Positions 19,213 to 28,717 of a stretch of DNA of 64,000 nt are shown here, in pieces. A model generated the notes under the pieces. It had not been told where the DNA came from. It did not search any database and saw only the letters and a list, made by a program, of their open reading frames with translations. The position numbers were made by a program, and so were the translations under genes. This DNA comes from an uncultured Phycisphaerales bacterium. Its GTDB lineage: Bacteria > Planctomycetota > B15-G4 > CAYZWU01. The DNA lies in contig CAYZWU010000007.1 in assembly GCA_964482235.1 (NCBI GenBank), positions 3,053 to 67,052 on the forward strand. The letters run 5' to 3'. The stretch's first letter is position 1. Every line of letters begins with the position of its first letter.

Positions 19213-20568
19213 TCATCTGTTTCCCGGAAGGGGAGAGAAGATCTTCTTGCCCTCGAGGATCCGGACTGCGGCCAGGAACTGCCCGTCGCTGCAGAGCCGC
19301 CCTGCCTCCTCGCCCAGAACCTCGTCGAAATAAGCCTCCGGCACCTCCCGCGATCTGAGAAACCGCTTCAGGCTGTCGCTGGATCTACGGGACAGGTTCC
19401 AGGTGAAATCGGGTTCCAGGCCGCTCCCTCCCGTCAACTGCCGGTCGCGCCTTGTCTCGATGCAGCGGCCGAGAGGGGTGTAATACCTGGCCGTGGTCAG
19501 CTTGATGATCACCTCTCCGCCGAAATCCCTGCTGAATGCCGACTGCACCACGCCCTTGCCGAAAGTCCTCTCGCCGACGAGAACGGCGCGTTCGTGGTCC
19601 TGCAGGGTGCCGGCCAGGACCTCGGCCGCCGACGCGGTGTAGCGGCTGACGAGAAGGACGAGGGGGATGTCCGGAAAGAGATGGCGCTTGCTCGTGGCGG
19701 TGAAGGTGCGGTTCGAGTCGGCGCCGCGGCCGCGGGTGCGGAGGAGGATCCCATCCCCCTGGAACAGGTTGGCCGTGTGCAGGGCGCTGTTCAGAAGGCC
19801 GCCCTTGTTGAACCTGAGGTCGAGGATCAGGGAGCGGGCTCCCTCCTGCTTCAGGCGCCTCACGGCGCGGATCACCTCGTTCGCCGTCCCGTTGTTGAAG
19901 CTCCTGATCCTCATGTAGGCGATTCCCAGCTCGTCATTCACGAGGCAGGGATTGAATGCAGTGTTCTCGGCGACTCTCTTCCTCTCGATCTCGAGGCGGC
20001 GTCGGCTGCCGTTGTCGGATCCGTTGTCGCCGGGGGCGACGACGAGAATGCAGATCGAATCGGGCGGGCCGCGCAGGAGGTCCTCCACCTCGGTCCGGGT
20101 GCGGCCGGCCGCGGCGATGCCGTCGATCTCGATGATCCTGTCCCCGGGTTTCAGCCCCGCCTTTTCCGCCGGCGAGTAGGGGAAAGGGTAGAGCACCAGT
20201 GCCATGCTGCTGTGCGGGTCGAGCTCCAGGCCGATGCCGACGTATTCTCCCTTGGTGTCTTCGTGATAGCGCTGCTCCTCCTCGGGGCTGTAGAAGGTGC
20301 AGTAGGTGTCGAGGGAGGAGACCATGCCGTCCAGCGCGGAGTAGACGAGGCTCCGGTCGTCCACCTCGTCCACGTAGCAGTCGAGGATCAGGGAGCGGGC
20401 CTCGTTGATCCAGCGAAGCTCTTCCGGCGTCAGGGTGCGCTGGCCCTTTTCCCGGCGCGGCTCGTCGCTGCCCTCGGCCGTTCCCGTGAGGGCCGAGGGG
20501 CCGAGAAATAGCGCGGCAAAGGGGAAAAAGCCTGCGAGAAGTATGAGAAAATGGATTTTTCTTTTCAT
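19213..20568 (-). CDS. ctpA: carboxyl-terminal processing protease, S41 family, with PDZ domain
   Basis: Signal peptide, a PDZ domain (GDRIIEIDGI) and an S41 catalytic region (RFNKGGLL...GERTFGKG). 451 aa. Confidence 0.85.
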   Translation of the reverse strand: MKRKIHFLILLAGFFPFAALFLGPSALTGTAEGSDEPRREKGQRTLTPEELRWINEARSLILDCYVDEVDDRSLVYSALDGMVSSLDTYCTFYSPEEEQRYHEDTKGEYVGIGLELDPHSSMALVLYPFPYSPAEKAGLKPGDRIIEIDGIAAAGRTRTEVEDLLRGPPDSICILVVAPGDNGSDNGSRRRLEIERKRVAENTAFNPCLVNDELGIAYMRIRSFNNGTANEVIRAVRRLKQEGARSLILDLRFNKGGLLNSALHTANLFQGDGILLRTRGRGADSNRTFTATSKRHLFPDIPLVLLVSRYTASAAEVLAGTLQDHERAVLVGERTFGKGVVQSAFSRDFGGEVIIKLTTARYYTPLGRCIETRRDRQLTGGSGLEPDFTWNLSRRSSDSLKRFLRSREVPEAYFDEVLGEEAGRLCSDGQFLAAVRILEGKKIFSPLPGNR

Positions 20569-20815
20569 GGCGGCCGCCCGGCTCCTTTTACTGGCTGGAT
20601 GACGGTGCGTGTCGGCCCGGTTGTTGCTCTCGAGCAGCGTACCATTTGCCGCGTCTCGTTGGAAGGGGGCGATGAGAGCTGAGTTAATTCGTTCAAATGC
20701 CGATAGTTAGAAGATCGGCGAAAAGAGGCGAACAGTCAGGAATATCCAAGCCCTTCGAACCGTCAGAGATTTGTCGAATTGTAATTGAAGCGAACACTCT
20801 CTCTGGATCGTTGAG

Positions 20816-22840
20816 ATGAAGAAAAAAGTCAAACGTGTGCTGATCACCATGATTTTTGCGGTAGCTCTGCTCTACTTCGCATTCACGCAGCTGTTCTTCT
20901 CCCCTTTCGAGGACGATTTCGGACCGATCGAGTACATCGTCCCCAGGGAGGTCGATTTCTTCTGCGGGAAGGTCAACCTGTTCGACGATTTCCGCTCCTT
21001 TCCGGAGCCGGAGTTCTATCCCGACCTGAAGGCCTGCGCGGAATGGCGTTCCTTTCGGGGCACGGAGCTTTACTCGAGCTTCTGCGGGCAGAGGGATCCG
21101 GATATCGTCTTCCAGGAGATCCGCAACCAGATCAAGGACCTGCCGATCGATTTCATCAACGATATCGTGGGGCGGGAGGTGGCCGTTGCGGGCAGCTTCA
21201 GCGACGACGGGGCGATGGAGCGGTTTCTGCTCTTCTTCAGGGGATCGCTGAAGACCAAGTTCTTCTTCGAGCTGCTCACCTGGGACTTCGTGCGCGGGAT
21301 GGCGGAGGATCCCAACTTCGCGGAGAGCACGGTCTTCCATGACGAGAGAAAGTTCTACATGCTGACCCTGGTCGACGGGCAGTCCTTCTACATGAAGCGG
21401 TGCGCCGACCTGATCGTCGTGGGGAACGACGAGAAGATGATGGAGGAGATGTCCGAGCTGGTCGAGATGGGGTCGGAGTCGATCGACCTGAGCCTCGGCG
21501 GGGCGCAGGCCTACATCGAGAAGGTTCTCGTCCATGCGCCGGAGGAGGGGGAGGAGCTCGATAGCGAGCGGGACCTCCTGAACTTCCACGTCAATCTCGA
21601 GAGCCTGAGGGAGCGCGTTTCCCTGGACGACGAGATGAAGGCCAACGACACCGATTTCTCGATCATGACCATGGTGGACGTGTTTCAGCCCGAGTTCTTC
21701 CGGGATCTGACCGGGATCCTGGATCTCGGCGAGACGGTGGGCCTGCAGGCGCGGGCGGAGCTCGACAGGGATGCGGTCCTGGCATCGAAGACGGGCTTCT
21801 TCGACAGGGAGAACTTCGGCGTCAAGAAGAGCATGCGCCGGCTGGCAGGGATGCTGCCTGCCAACGTCTTTCTTGCCGGATGCGCCAGGCTGCGCCCTCT
21901 CGATTTCCTCACCATCCTCGAAGAGAACATGGATCCCGATTACCGGAAGCTTCTGAACGATCTGATCCGCGAGTCGAGCGGCCACGAGAAGTGGAAGGTG
22001 ACGGCGACGTGGGAGCTGATCGAGTTTCTCGACGCCACCTTCGGCGAGATGGTCTACTTCGCTCTCAGGCCGCGGCAGGAGGACAAGACGATCAGCGATT
22101 TCGTGCAGCCGCTGCCGATCTTCGCCCTGATATTCGAGGTCGAGGACCATGAGAAGCTCGCGATCCTCGAGGATGTGGTCAAGAGGCTGCGGAACAACAG
22201 CCGCAGCGAGTTCGACATGTACAAGTTCAAGAACGACTACTACGGCTGCATGATCAAGACGATCACCCCGCCCGAGGTGGATGATGTGGAGCATTTCGCC
22301 TTCACCACCATGGGGAGCAACTACTTCGTTCTCACCACGGCCGACGATTTCATCATGGAGATCGTCAAGACCTGGGCCACGTCGAAGCACAGCCTGGCCG
22401 ACACCCGCGGCTTCCGGAATGCCGAGGAATACCTGGGCAAGCACGGCAACCTGGGCCTCTACATGGAGATGGACGGCATGCGGCAGACGCTGGACAACTA
22501 CGCCACCTACTGGGGGCAGGTCCAGACGAGCTGGACGGAGGAGGAGGCCAGGGCCCAGCGGAAGAAGGTGCGCAGCGTGGTGATGCGGCGCGAGGGATTT
22601 CGCGGCGGGAGGAACGGGGATCTCTCCGAGGCGGACGAGAAGCGGCTGGTCGAGCTGGTGGACGAGGAGATGCTCAAGATCCGCGACAGGAGGATCCAGA
22701 CCGAGGGCCCGAAGTATGCGGCCGAGTTCCGCGAGAAGTGCGCCTGGATCGACCTCTTCAAAAGCGTCATGCTCAGCATGACGGTGAAGAAGAGGAGCAT
22801 GGACATCGACATCGGGCTGGAGACGCTGCTTTCGAGGTGA
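20816..22840 (+). CDS. large membrane-anchored protein of unknown function
   Basis: 674 aa with an N-terminal TM anchor. Its amino-acid composition looks protein-like (rich in K/E/D/F/Y). The overlapping antisense 730-aa ORF is Arg/Leu/Pro-rich and I judge it spurious. Confidence 0.55.
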   Translation: MKKKVKRVLITMIFAVALLYFAFTQLFFSPFEDDFGPIEYIVPREVDFFCGKVNLFDDFRSFPEPEFYPDLKACAEWRSFRGTELYSSFCGQRDPDIVFQEIRNQIKDLPIDFINDIVGREVAVAGSFSDDGAMERFLLFFRGSLKTKFFFELLTWDFVRGMAEDPNFAESTVFHDERKFYMLTLVDGQSFYMKRCADLIVVGNDEKMMEEMSELVEMGSESIDLSLGGAQAYIEKVLVHAPEEGEELDSERDLLNFHVNLESLRERVSLDDEMKANDTDFSIMTMVDVFQPEFFRDLTGILDLGETVGLQARAELDRDAVLASKTGFFDRENFGVKKSMRRLAGMLPANVFLAGCARLRPLDFLTILEENMDPDYRKLLNDLIRESSGHEKWKVTATWELIEFLDATFGEMVYFALRPRQEDKTISDFVQPLPIFALIFEVEDHEKLAILEDVVKRLRNNSRSEFDMYKFKNDYYGCMIKTITPPEVDDVEHFAFTTMGSNYFVLTTADDFIMEIVKTWATSKHSLADTRGFRNAEEYLGKHGNLGLYMEMDGMRQTLDNYATYWGQVQTSWTEEEARAQRKKVRSVVMRREGFRGGRNGDLSEADEKRLVELVDEEMLKIRDRRIQTEGPKYAAEFREKCAWIDLFKSVMLSMTVKKRSMDIDIGLETLLSR

Positions 22841-22941
22841 AAAGGCCTGCGCCGCAGCCCCCGCAAGACCGGTGCGGCGCAGCACTTGCCCGGGAAGTCG
22901 GATTCACGGAAGAAATGACTGGACTGCCCGGTAGAAGGTGG

Positions 22942-22947
22942 TAAAAT
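22942..22947 (+). promoter_or_regulatory. possible -10 element (TAAAAT) for the tRNA-Leu precursor
   Basis: TAAAAT lies 22 nt upstream of the mature tRNA 5' end. No clear -35 element was found. Confidence 0.25.
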
Positions 22948-22968
22948 CTTGCCCTTTCGCAATTCCAT

Positions 22969-23057
<89 letters not shown>

Positions 23058-23075
23058 CTTACGACGATTCAGAGG

Positions 23076-23110
23076 CCGGACGGCGCGAGGCGTTTTCCGG
23101 TCTTTTTTTG
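23076..23110 (+). terminator. putative intrinsic terminator after the tRNA
   Basis: A CCGGA...TCCGG hairpin is followed by TCTTTTTTT. The stem is weak but the U-tract is strong. Confidence 0.35.
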
Positions 23111-23334
23111 TCGGAAGCCGCAGCAGGGGACAGAACGAAGCATACCTGGCACATCTTCTTCACTGCAAGGGGCATGGAGCAATATGCCACCGGCTACGCG
23201 GCTGCAAAGGAGTTGCAGGGGCTGCGGCTGGCGCCGAGGCACGAGCTCGAGATGATCAGGTGTATAAAAGGAGTTCTTCTGATGGCAAGATATGGCAGAC
23301 TGAGAAGATCGTTTCTGATGGGAAGGTAGAAAAA

Positions 23335-23457
23335 ATGGATACATTCATTTATCTGAGCTGGGGCTCTCCCATAGGGCTCGGCGTCTTCCTTGCCGGGTTT
23401 GGCGTATTCCTGTGGGGACTCACGAAGACAGGCTGGATCAGCGACAGCGAGGACTAG
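23335..23457 (+). CDS. possible small (40 aa) hydrophobic membrane peptide
   Basis: MDTFIYLSWGSPIGLGVFLAGFGVFLWGLTKTGWISDSED. Third codon positions are strongly GC-biased, and GGAAGG lies about 10 nt upstream. There is no homology evidence. Confidence 0.25.
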   Translation: MDTFIYLSWGSPIGLGVFLAGFGVFLWGLTKTGWISDSED

Positions 23458-23533
23458 CAGAGCAAGGCTTCTGCTTCACAAGCGCCGGTGCAGCCCGTTG
23501 CGCAACGCCAGGGCGTTCGTTCGACGAGGGATC

Positions 23534-24895
23534 ATGAAACCGCATATCTGCACACGACGAGGCTTCCTCAAGACGGCGGTCGCCGGCACGATCGTCGCCG
23601 GCCTGCAGCCCGGTGCCTTTCCGGGCCGGATTCCCGCCGGCAGGAAACCGAACGTGGTCATCCTGTTCATAGACGATCTGGGATACGGCGACCTGGGATG
23701 CTTCGGGAACGAGCGCATCCCGACGCCGCACATCGACTCCCTGGCTGAAAGCGGCGCCAGGTGCACCATGTCGTACATCACCAATCCGCCCTGCTCGCCA
23801 AGCCGCTGCAGCCTCATGACCGGCATGTACGCGCAGCGGTTCGGCAAGTCGGGCATGGCGCGCGGCCTGCCCATTCCCGACGACCACCCGACCATGGCCG
23901 AGTTCATGCGTGACGCCGGCTACGTTACCGGGCAGATCGGGAAGTGGGATATCGGCTCGGCCGGGCAGGGCCCGCATCGGCGCGGCTTCATGGAGGTGGC
24001 GAAAGAGGCGCCGGGCAAGAATTACAACCGCGAGAGGGAGGACGGCACCCCCGTCTACCTGACGGATCTCGTGGGCGACTACATGGCGGAGTTCGTCGAG
24101 CGAAACAAGGAGAGGCCGTTCTTCCTCTACTTTTCGCCCTTCTCTGTTCATTCGCCGGTCAAGGAGACGCCACGGCACTACCGGGATCGAGTCGAGGCAG
24201 GCGACGGCACGCCCTACGAAGGGGCCGTCGCGGCTGTCGACGATGCAATCGGCAAGCTCCTCGCCGCGCTGAAGAAGCACGATCTCGAGAACGACACCCT
24301 CATCTTTCTGACCGGCGACAACGGAGCCAACGTGAAGGCCGGCGGTTCCTCGGCCCCTTACCGCGGCGGCAAGGGACCCGGCACGCAGCTGGAAGGCTGG
24401 GTTCACACACCCACGATCGTCTCGTGGCCGGGAACCGTTCCCGCCGGCATCACCTACGCCGGCATCATGTGCACGATGGATTTCTACGCCACGGCCGCCG
24501 CCGCTGCCGGAGAGCCGCTGCCCGAGCGGTGCGAGGGGAAGGACCTGCTTCCTTACCTGACGGGCCGGAGGAAGGGTGATGTCCACGAGTACCTCTTCTG
24601 GCACAACGCCGATCCCACCGACGCGAAGCGCCGCAACCTCTACGCCGTGCGCTGGAAGAAGTGGCGCCTGGTCAAGTACCCCGAGGGCTGGCGGCTCTTC
24701 GACCTGAAGAGCGATCCGCAGGAGACGACGGACCTGGCAACGAAGCATCCCCGGGTGGTTGCCGGCATGCGCAAGCGATACGAGTCCTTCGTCGAAACGC
24801 TTCCCCCGTTGAAGCCCAGCGAAGACTACAAGGGCGGCGGCAAGGTCCCGAAAGGATGGGGCTGGGTGATCGGTGACGGGAAATCCTCGAACTGA
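23534..24895 (+). CDS. Cys-type sulfatase with Tat signal peptide
   Basis: Tat motif RRGFLKTAVAG. The formylglycine motif C-x-P-x-R is present (CSPSRCSLMTGMY), along with metal-binding residues (DDLGYGD, GKWD). Confidence 0.9.
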   Translation: MKPHICTRRGFLKTAVAGTIVAGLQPGAFPGRIPAGRKPNVVILFIDDLGYGDLGCFGNERIPTPHIDSLAESGARCTMSYITNPPCSPSRCSLMTGMYAQRFGKSGMARGLPIPDDHPTMAEFMRDAGYVTGQIGKWDIGSAGQGPHRRGFMEVAKEAPGKNYNREREDGTPVYLTDLVGDYMAEFVERNKERPFFLYFSPFSVHSPVKETPRHYRDRVEAGDGTPYEGAVAAVDDAIGKLLAALKKHDLENDTLIFLTGDNGANVKAGGSSAPYRGGKGPGTQLEGWVHTPTIVSWPGTVPAGITYAGIMCTMDFYATAAAAAGEPLPERCEGKDLLPYLTGRRKGDVHEYLFWHNADPTDAKRRNLYAVRWKKWRLVKYPEGWRLFDLKSDPQETTDLATKHPRVVAGMRKRYESFVETLPPLKPSEDYKGGGKVPKGWGWVIGDGKSSN

Positions 24896-25285
24896 AATTT
24901 TCCAGCTTGCTGCGAGTGCCTGTCGAGAAAGAGTGCCTCTCGCCCGCCGAGGAAGGAGCCATGATGCCTGGGCTTCTTTGTATTCAGATATTGTGGATGG
25001 CTGCAACGGACAAAATACTCAGTCGCTGAGCAAAATGTCATCGACTCATAGTTTCTCTCGGCGGACAGTGGCTCTCCGTAGCAGCTCTCTAAGCTGGTGC
25101 AGGCCAGCCTCCCAGGGAACTCGCCCAGCACATGGGGCACGGAGAAGGAAGCGAGAACGGCGAGGACGGGAACGCGGACGCAGTTGAAACGGTCCGTTGC
25201 TTGACGGTGGTGTTGGATTGGCCTATTGTTTGTCCATGCCTCGAACCACGTTTTCAACGGCCTGTCGGAGAAAGCCGCGCGCACC

Positions 25286-27010
25286 ATGAAAAGCAGCAGC
25301 AGGATCTCCTCGAGCGATCTCGCCGTGGCCCTCGTCCTGGCGGCCGCAGCCTGGTTTGCCTACTCGCCGGTCACGGAGTGCCGCTTCATCAGCTACGATG
25401 ATCCTCTCTACGTGACGAACAACGGCGAGGTGCAGAAAGGGCTCACCGCCGACGGGATCGCCTGGGCGTTCACCACGGGCCATGCCAACAACTGGAACCC
25501 GGTGACCTGGATCTCCCACATGCTCGACGTGGAGATGCACGACATCGATCCCGGCGGGCATCACGCCACGAGCCTCCTGCTCCACGTCATGAACACCCTG
25601 CTCCTTTTCCTTCTCCTGAAGATGATCACGGGCACGACCTGGCAAAGCGGTTTCGTGGCGGCCCTCTTCGCCCTCCACCCGCTCCACGTCGAGGCGGTCG
25701 CCTGGGTGTCGGACCGGAAGGGCGTGCTGAGCACGTTGTTCTGGATGCTGACCTGCCTGGCCTACGTCCGGTACGTCCGTTCGCGCTCGATGGCCTGGTA
25801 CGCCGCCGCCGTCGCCTTTTTCGCCGTAGGCCTCATGGCGAAGCCCACTGTGATCACGCTTCCCTTCGCCCTGCTTCTTCTCGATGCCTGGCCGCTTGGG
25901 CGCTTCGAGGGTGAGCTCCGATCCCTCGGGGCCTGCATCCGCGCCAACAAGGGCCTCCTGATCGAGAAGGTGCCGTTCCTTGCCATCGCGGCAGTTTCCG
26001 CCGTGATCACCTACCTCGTGCAGGAGCAGACAGGAGCGGTGAGGACCTACGAGGAGATCTCCCTGCTGTCGCGCCTGGCCAACGCCGCCCTTTCCTATCC
26101 GGCCTACATCGTGCAGACCTTCTGGCCGGCCGATCTCGCCTTCTTCTATCCCCACCCCGGGGATGCCGTCGTTCTCTGGCAGGCGGCCGCGGCCCTCTGC
26201 GGCCTCGCGGGGATCTCCTTCGCCGCCTGGTACTACCGCCGATCGTTCCCTGCCGGAGTCGTGGGCTGGTTCTGGTTCGTGGGAACCCTTGTTCCCATGA
26301 TCGGCGTGATCCAGTTCGGCAGGCAGGCGCGGGCCGACCGCTTCACCTACATCCCGCTGATCGGATTCTTCATCATCGTCGTCTGGGGGCTCGTTGCTCT
26401 GCTGGACAGGAGAAAGTCGATCCACCGCCGGATCGTCGCCGCGGCCGGGTGCTGCGTGCTTGTCGTTCTCGGCATCATGACCCATGCCCAGGTCATGACC
26501 TGGACGGATGACGAGAGCCTCTACAGCCACGCCATCGAGAACACGGAGGAAAACTTCATCGCCCACTCGATGCTGGCCAACGTCCTCATGTCGCGCGAGG
26601 AGTTCGCCGATGCCGCCGTGCACTATTCCGAGGCGCTCCGGATCTTCCCCGGCAAGCCTGAGGTGCACGTCAACCGCGGCCGTGCGCGGCTCATGATCGG
26701 CATGACGGGCGAAGCGATCGACGACTTCAGGCAGGCTCTCGAGAAGATGCCCGATGACGCGCCGACCTACACCTTTCTCGCCCTGGCCCTGCTGAAGGAG
26801 AACAGGAAGGCCGAGGCGGAGAAGCACCTGCGCCGGGCGGTGGCCATCGATCCCGATGCCTACCTCGCTCGCTTCAACCTCGGGGTGCTGATGATCAACA
26901 CGCAGCGCCTGAAGGAGGCGGAAGAGCACCTCTCCCGCGCCGTCCGCATCGATCCCTCGAAGGAAGCCGCCCGCAGGGCTCTCGAGCACGTTCGCTCGCA
27001 GCTGAGATGA
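25286..27010 (+). CDS. PMT-family (GT39/DUF1736-like) membrane glycosyltransferase with C-terminal TPR repeats
   Basis: Multi-pass membrane N-terminal region (about 400 aa) followed by at least three TPR motifs (AHSMLANVLMSREEFADAAVHYSEAL...). The alternative upstream start at 25226 is less likely. Confidence 0.65.
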   Translation: MKSSSRISSSDLAVALVLAAAAWFAYSPVTECRFISYDDPLYVTNNGEVQKGLTADGIAWAFTTGHANNWNPVTWISHMLDVEMHDIDPGGHHATSLLLHVMNTLLLFLLLKMITGTTWQSGFVAALFALHPLHVEAVAWVSDRKGVLSTLFWMLTCLAYVRYVRSRSMAWYAAAVAFFAVGLMAKPTVITLPFALLLLDAWPLGRFEGELRSLGACIRANKGLLIEKVPFLAIAAVSAVITYLVQEQTGAVRTYEEISLLSRLANAALSYPAYIVQTFWPADLAFFYPHPGDAVVLWQAAAALCGLAGISFAAWYYRRSFPAGVVGWFWFVGTLVPMIGVIQFGRQARADRFTYIPLIGFFIIVVWGLVALLDRRKSIHRRIVAAAGCCVLVVLGIMTHAQVMTWTDDESLYSHAIENTEENFIAHSMLANVLMSREEFADAAVHYSEALRIFPGKPEVHVNRGRARLMIGMTGEAIDDFRQALEKMPDDAPTYTFLALALLKENRKAEAEKHLRRAVAIDPDAYLARFNLGVLMINTQRLKEAEEHLSRAVRIDPSKEAARRALEHVRSQLR

Positions 27011-27031
27011 ACCCGATCCTTGATCAGTCCA

Positions 27032-28579
27032 TCACTCGATTGTCACGAGCACGTGATTCGTGAGGACCGAGCCGGGATCTCCCTCAAGGCCGATCAGGGC
27101 CTGGAAAACGTGCACGTCTCCCGGCCGGCACCAGGACGGGATAACAACCGGCTCGATGACGATGTTCTCGCCGGGTATCAGCCTGGGGCCGTACCGGACG
27201 ATCGGCCAGGTCGGAAAAAAGTCGCCGTACATGGTCTGTTGGGGAGGATCCTGGACTCCGCCTCCGCGAGCCAGCATTGCGGGCTCCCCGGCAGCACCGA
27301 CGATGCGAACCTCGGCCGAACCGCCCGCCCGGATGTCCCCGCAGATGCAGAGCCGCGGCTCCTCGTGGAACCAGCAGAGAAAGTCGTCCCAGAACCCGTC
27401 CGCGCTGAAGGGAAGCCAGTCGTTGATGTAATCCTCGCGGATGACGCCGTTCGTCTTGGGGAAATAGATGGCGATCCCGTTGTCGTTGGACGTCGGTCCA
27501 TGGGTGGCGATCACGGCGTTTCGACGGCTGTTCACCTTGACGGCCGCATCGTGGATGTCTCCTGACGGGATCTGCTGGATCAGGAGCTCCGCCAGGTGGA
27601 AGAGATCCACGCTGTTCATCCCGCCGTTGTAGAGGCGTACGTTGTCGCGCACCGTCGTGATGTCGGCATGATTCGTGTGCATGGCGAGGGCCAGGCCGCT
27701 CACGTCATCGACGAGCGGCGGGGTCTGCGACAGGTCCATGGCCGACAGGGTGAAAGTGGGATTGACGGCCGCGTAGTCCTTCACGATGGTCGAGCCGAGC
27801 GTTGCCGCGTCCATCTTGGGATTGGCCGTGAGGTCGCCCAGGATCCGGTCGTAGGGCCACATGTTCGATTCGATCATCGCCGAGCCGACCATGACATCGG
27901 AGAAATCCTGCACCAGAAAGGCCACCTCCAGCATGGCCATGTTGCACTCGTCGAAACCGATCAGGTCGATCGCGAAGCCTGCCGAAAAGGCGTTGGCCAC
28001 GGCCTCCTGCAGTTCAGGGGTGTAGAGCTTGTCGTCAGACGTCCAGTCCTGGCCGGCGGCCACCCAGGCGTTGCCGTGGTCCCAGAGGATCAGCGCATAC
28101 CGGTTGGCCGGATAGTTCGTGCAGCCCCAGCGGATGAAGTCTTCCAGGCTGCCGTCATCGGGGGCGGCCATGGCGCCCACGGCCATGTCGCTTTCGCCGA
28201 GGAGCTGAACCTCGTTGCCGGGATCCGGCGTCATACCCTGGGTGATGTGGAAGCGCCGCGTGTCCTTCCAGTCGCCGTGATCCTTCGAATGCCCGCCGAT
28301 GCGGTCGAGCTGCGCCACGATGTTGACCTCGCTGGTGGAGCCGGCCTGGGCGAGCAGGATGAAGCTCGTGAGAGCGCTTCCCTCGAGGTTGTTGTCGCCG
28401 TTCATGAAGAGCATGAAGGTCCATTCGGCCTGGGGAGCCGGCAGGCGCTGGCTCCTGCAATCCGCCTGCTCGTCCCGGCTGGATCCCGGTCGAGCGAGGC
28501 CGTCGGAGCCCGCCTCTTCGCCCGCATCTGCGGCAAGGGCGAGTCCGAGAAGGAAGAGAGAAGCAAGCAGGATTCGCAT
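27032..28579 (-). CDS. clostripain-like cysteine peptidase (family C11, clan CD) with a conserved C-terminal domain shared with two beta-helix proteins
   Basis: Signal peptide MRILLASLFLLGLALA. C11 signature FMLFMNGDNNLE, and catalytic-region motifs WDHGNAW and GFDECNM. The C-terminal ~105 aa align to the tails of 37215..38723 and 43793..45070. Confidence 0.75.
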   Translation of the reverse strand: MRILLASLFLLGLALAADAGEEAGSDGLARPGSSRDEQADCRSQRLPAPQAEWTFMLFMNGDNNLEGSALTSFILLAQAGSTSEVNIVAQLDRIGGHSKDHGDWKDTRRFHITQGMTPDPGNEVQLLGESDMAVGAMAAPDDGSLEDFIRWGCTNYPANRYALILWDHGNAWVAAGQDWTSDDKLYTPELQEAVANAFSAGFAIDLIGFDECNMAMLEVAFLVQDFSDVMVGSAMIESNMWPYDRILGDLTANPKMDAATLGSTIVKDYAAVNPTFTLSAMDLSQTPPLVDDVSGLALAMHTNHADITTVRDNVRLYNGGMNSVDLFHLAELLIQQIPSGDIHDAAVKVNSRRNAVIATHGPTSNDNGIAIYFPKTNGVIREDYINDWLPFSADGFWDDFLCWFHEEPRLCICGDIRAGGSAEVRIVGAAGEPAMLARGGGVQDPPQQTMYGDFFPTWPIVRYGPRLIPGENIVIEPVVIPSWCRPGDVHVFQALIGLEGDPGSVLTNHVLVTIE

Positions 28580-28717
28580 GATCTTCTCCTTGAATGGGTG
28601 AAAGCAGATCTGCTGCATTGTTCCGATTCACGAATTCGAGATTGTATCACAATAAAAGCATATCTGAAGTGAATGAATTCCCGGCAAGGCTGCTGCGGCG
28701 GAGCAGGGAAGGAACGC

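Noticed and set aside
18505-20511. 668-aa plus-strand ORF
   Set aside because: It is antisense to the S41 protease gene ctpA, which has clear PDZ and catalytic motifs. Its translation is Arg/Ala/Gly/Leu-rich with no motifs, which is typical of a high-GC antisense ORF.
20693-22885. 730-aa minus-strand ORF
   Set aside because: It is antisense to the 674-aa plus-strand protein (20816..22840), whose composition and TM anchor look genuine. The minus-strand translation is Leu/Arg/Pro/His-rich junk.
22846-22885. 10-bp perfect inverted repeat (CTGCGCCGCA...TGCGGCGCAG) just after the stop of 20816..22840 as a terminator
   Set aside because: It is not followed by a U-tract, so an intrinsic-terminator call is not supported. 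It may be a structural or processing element, but the evidence is insufficient.
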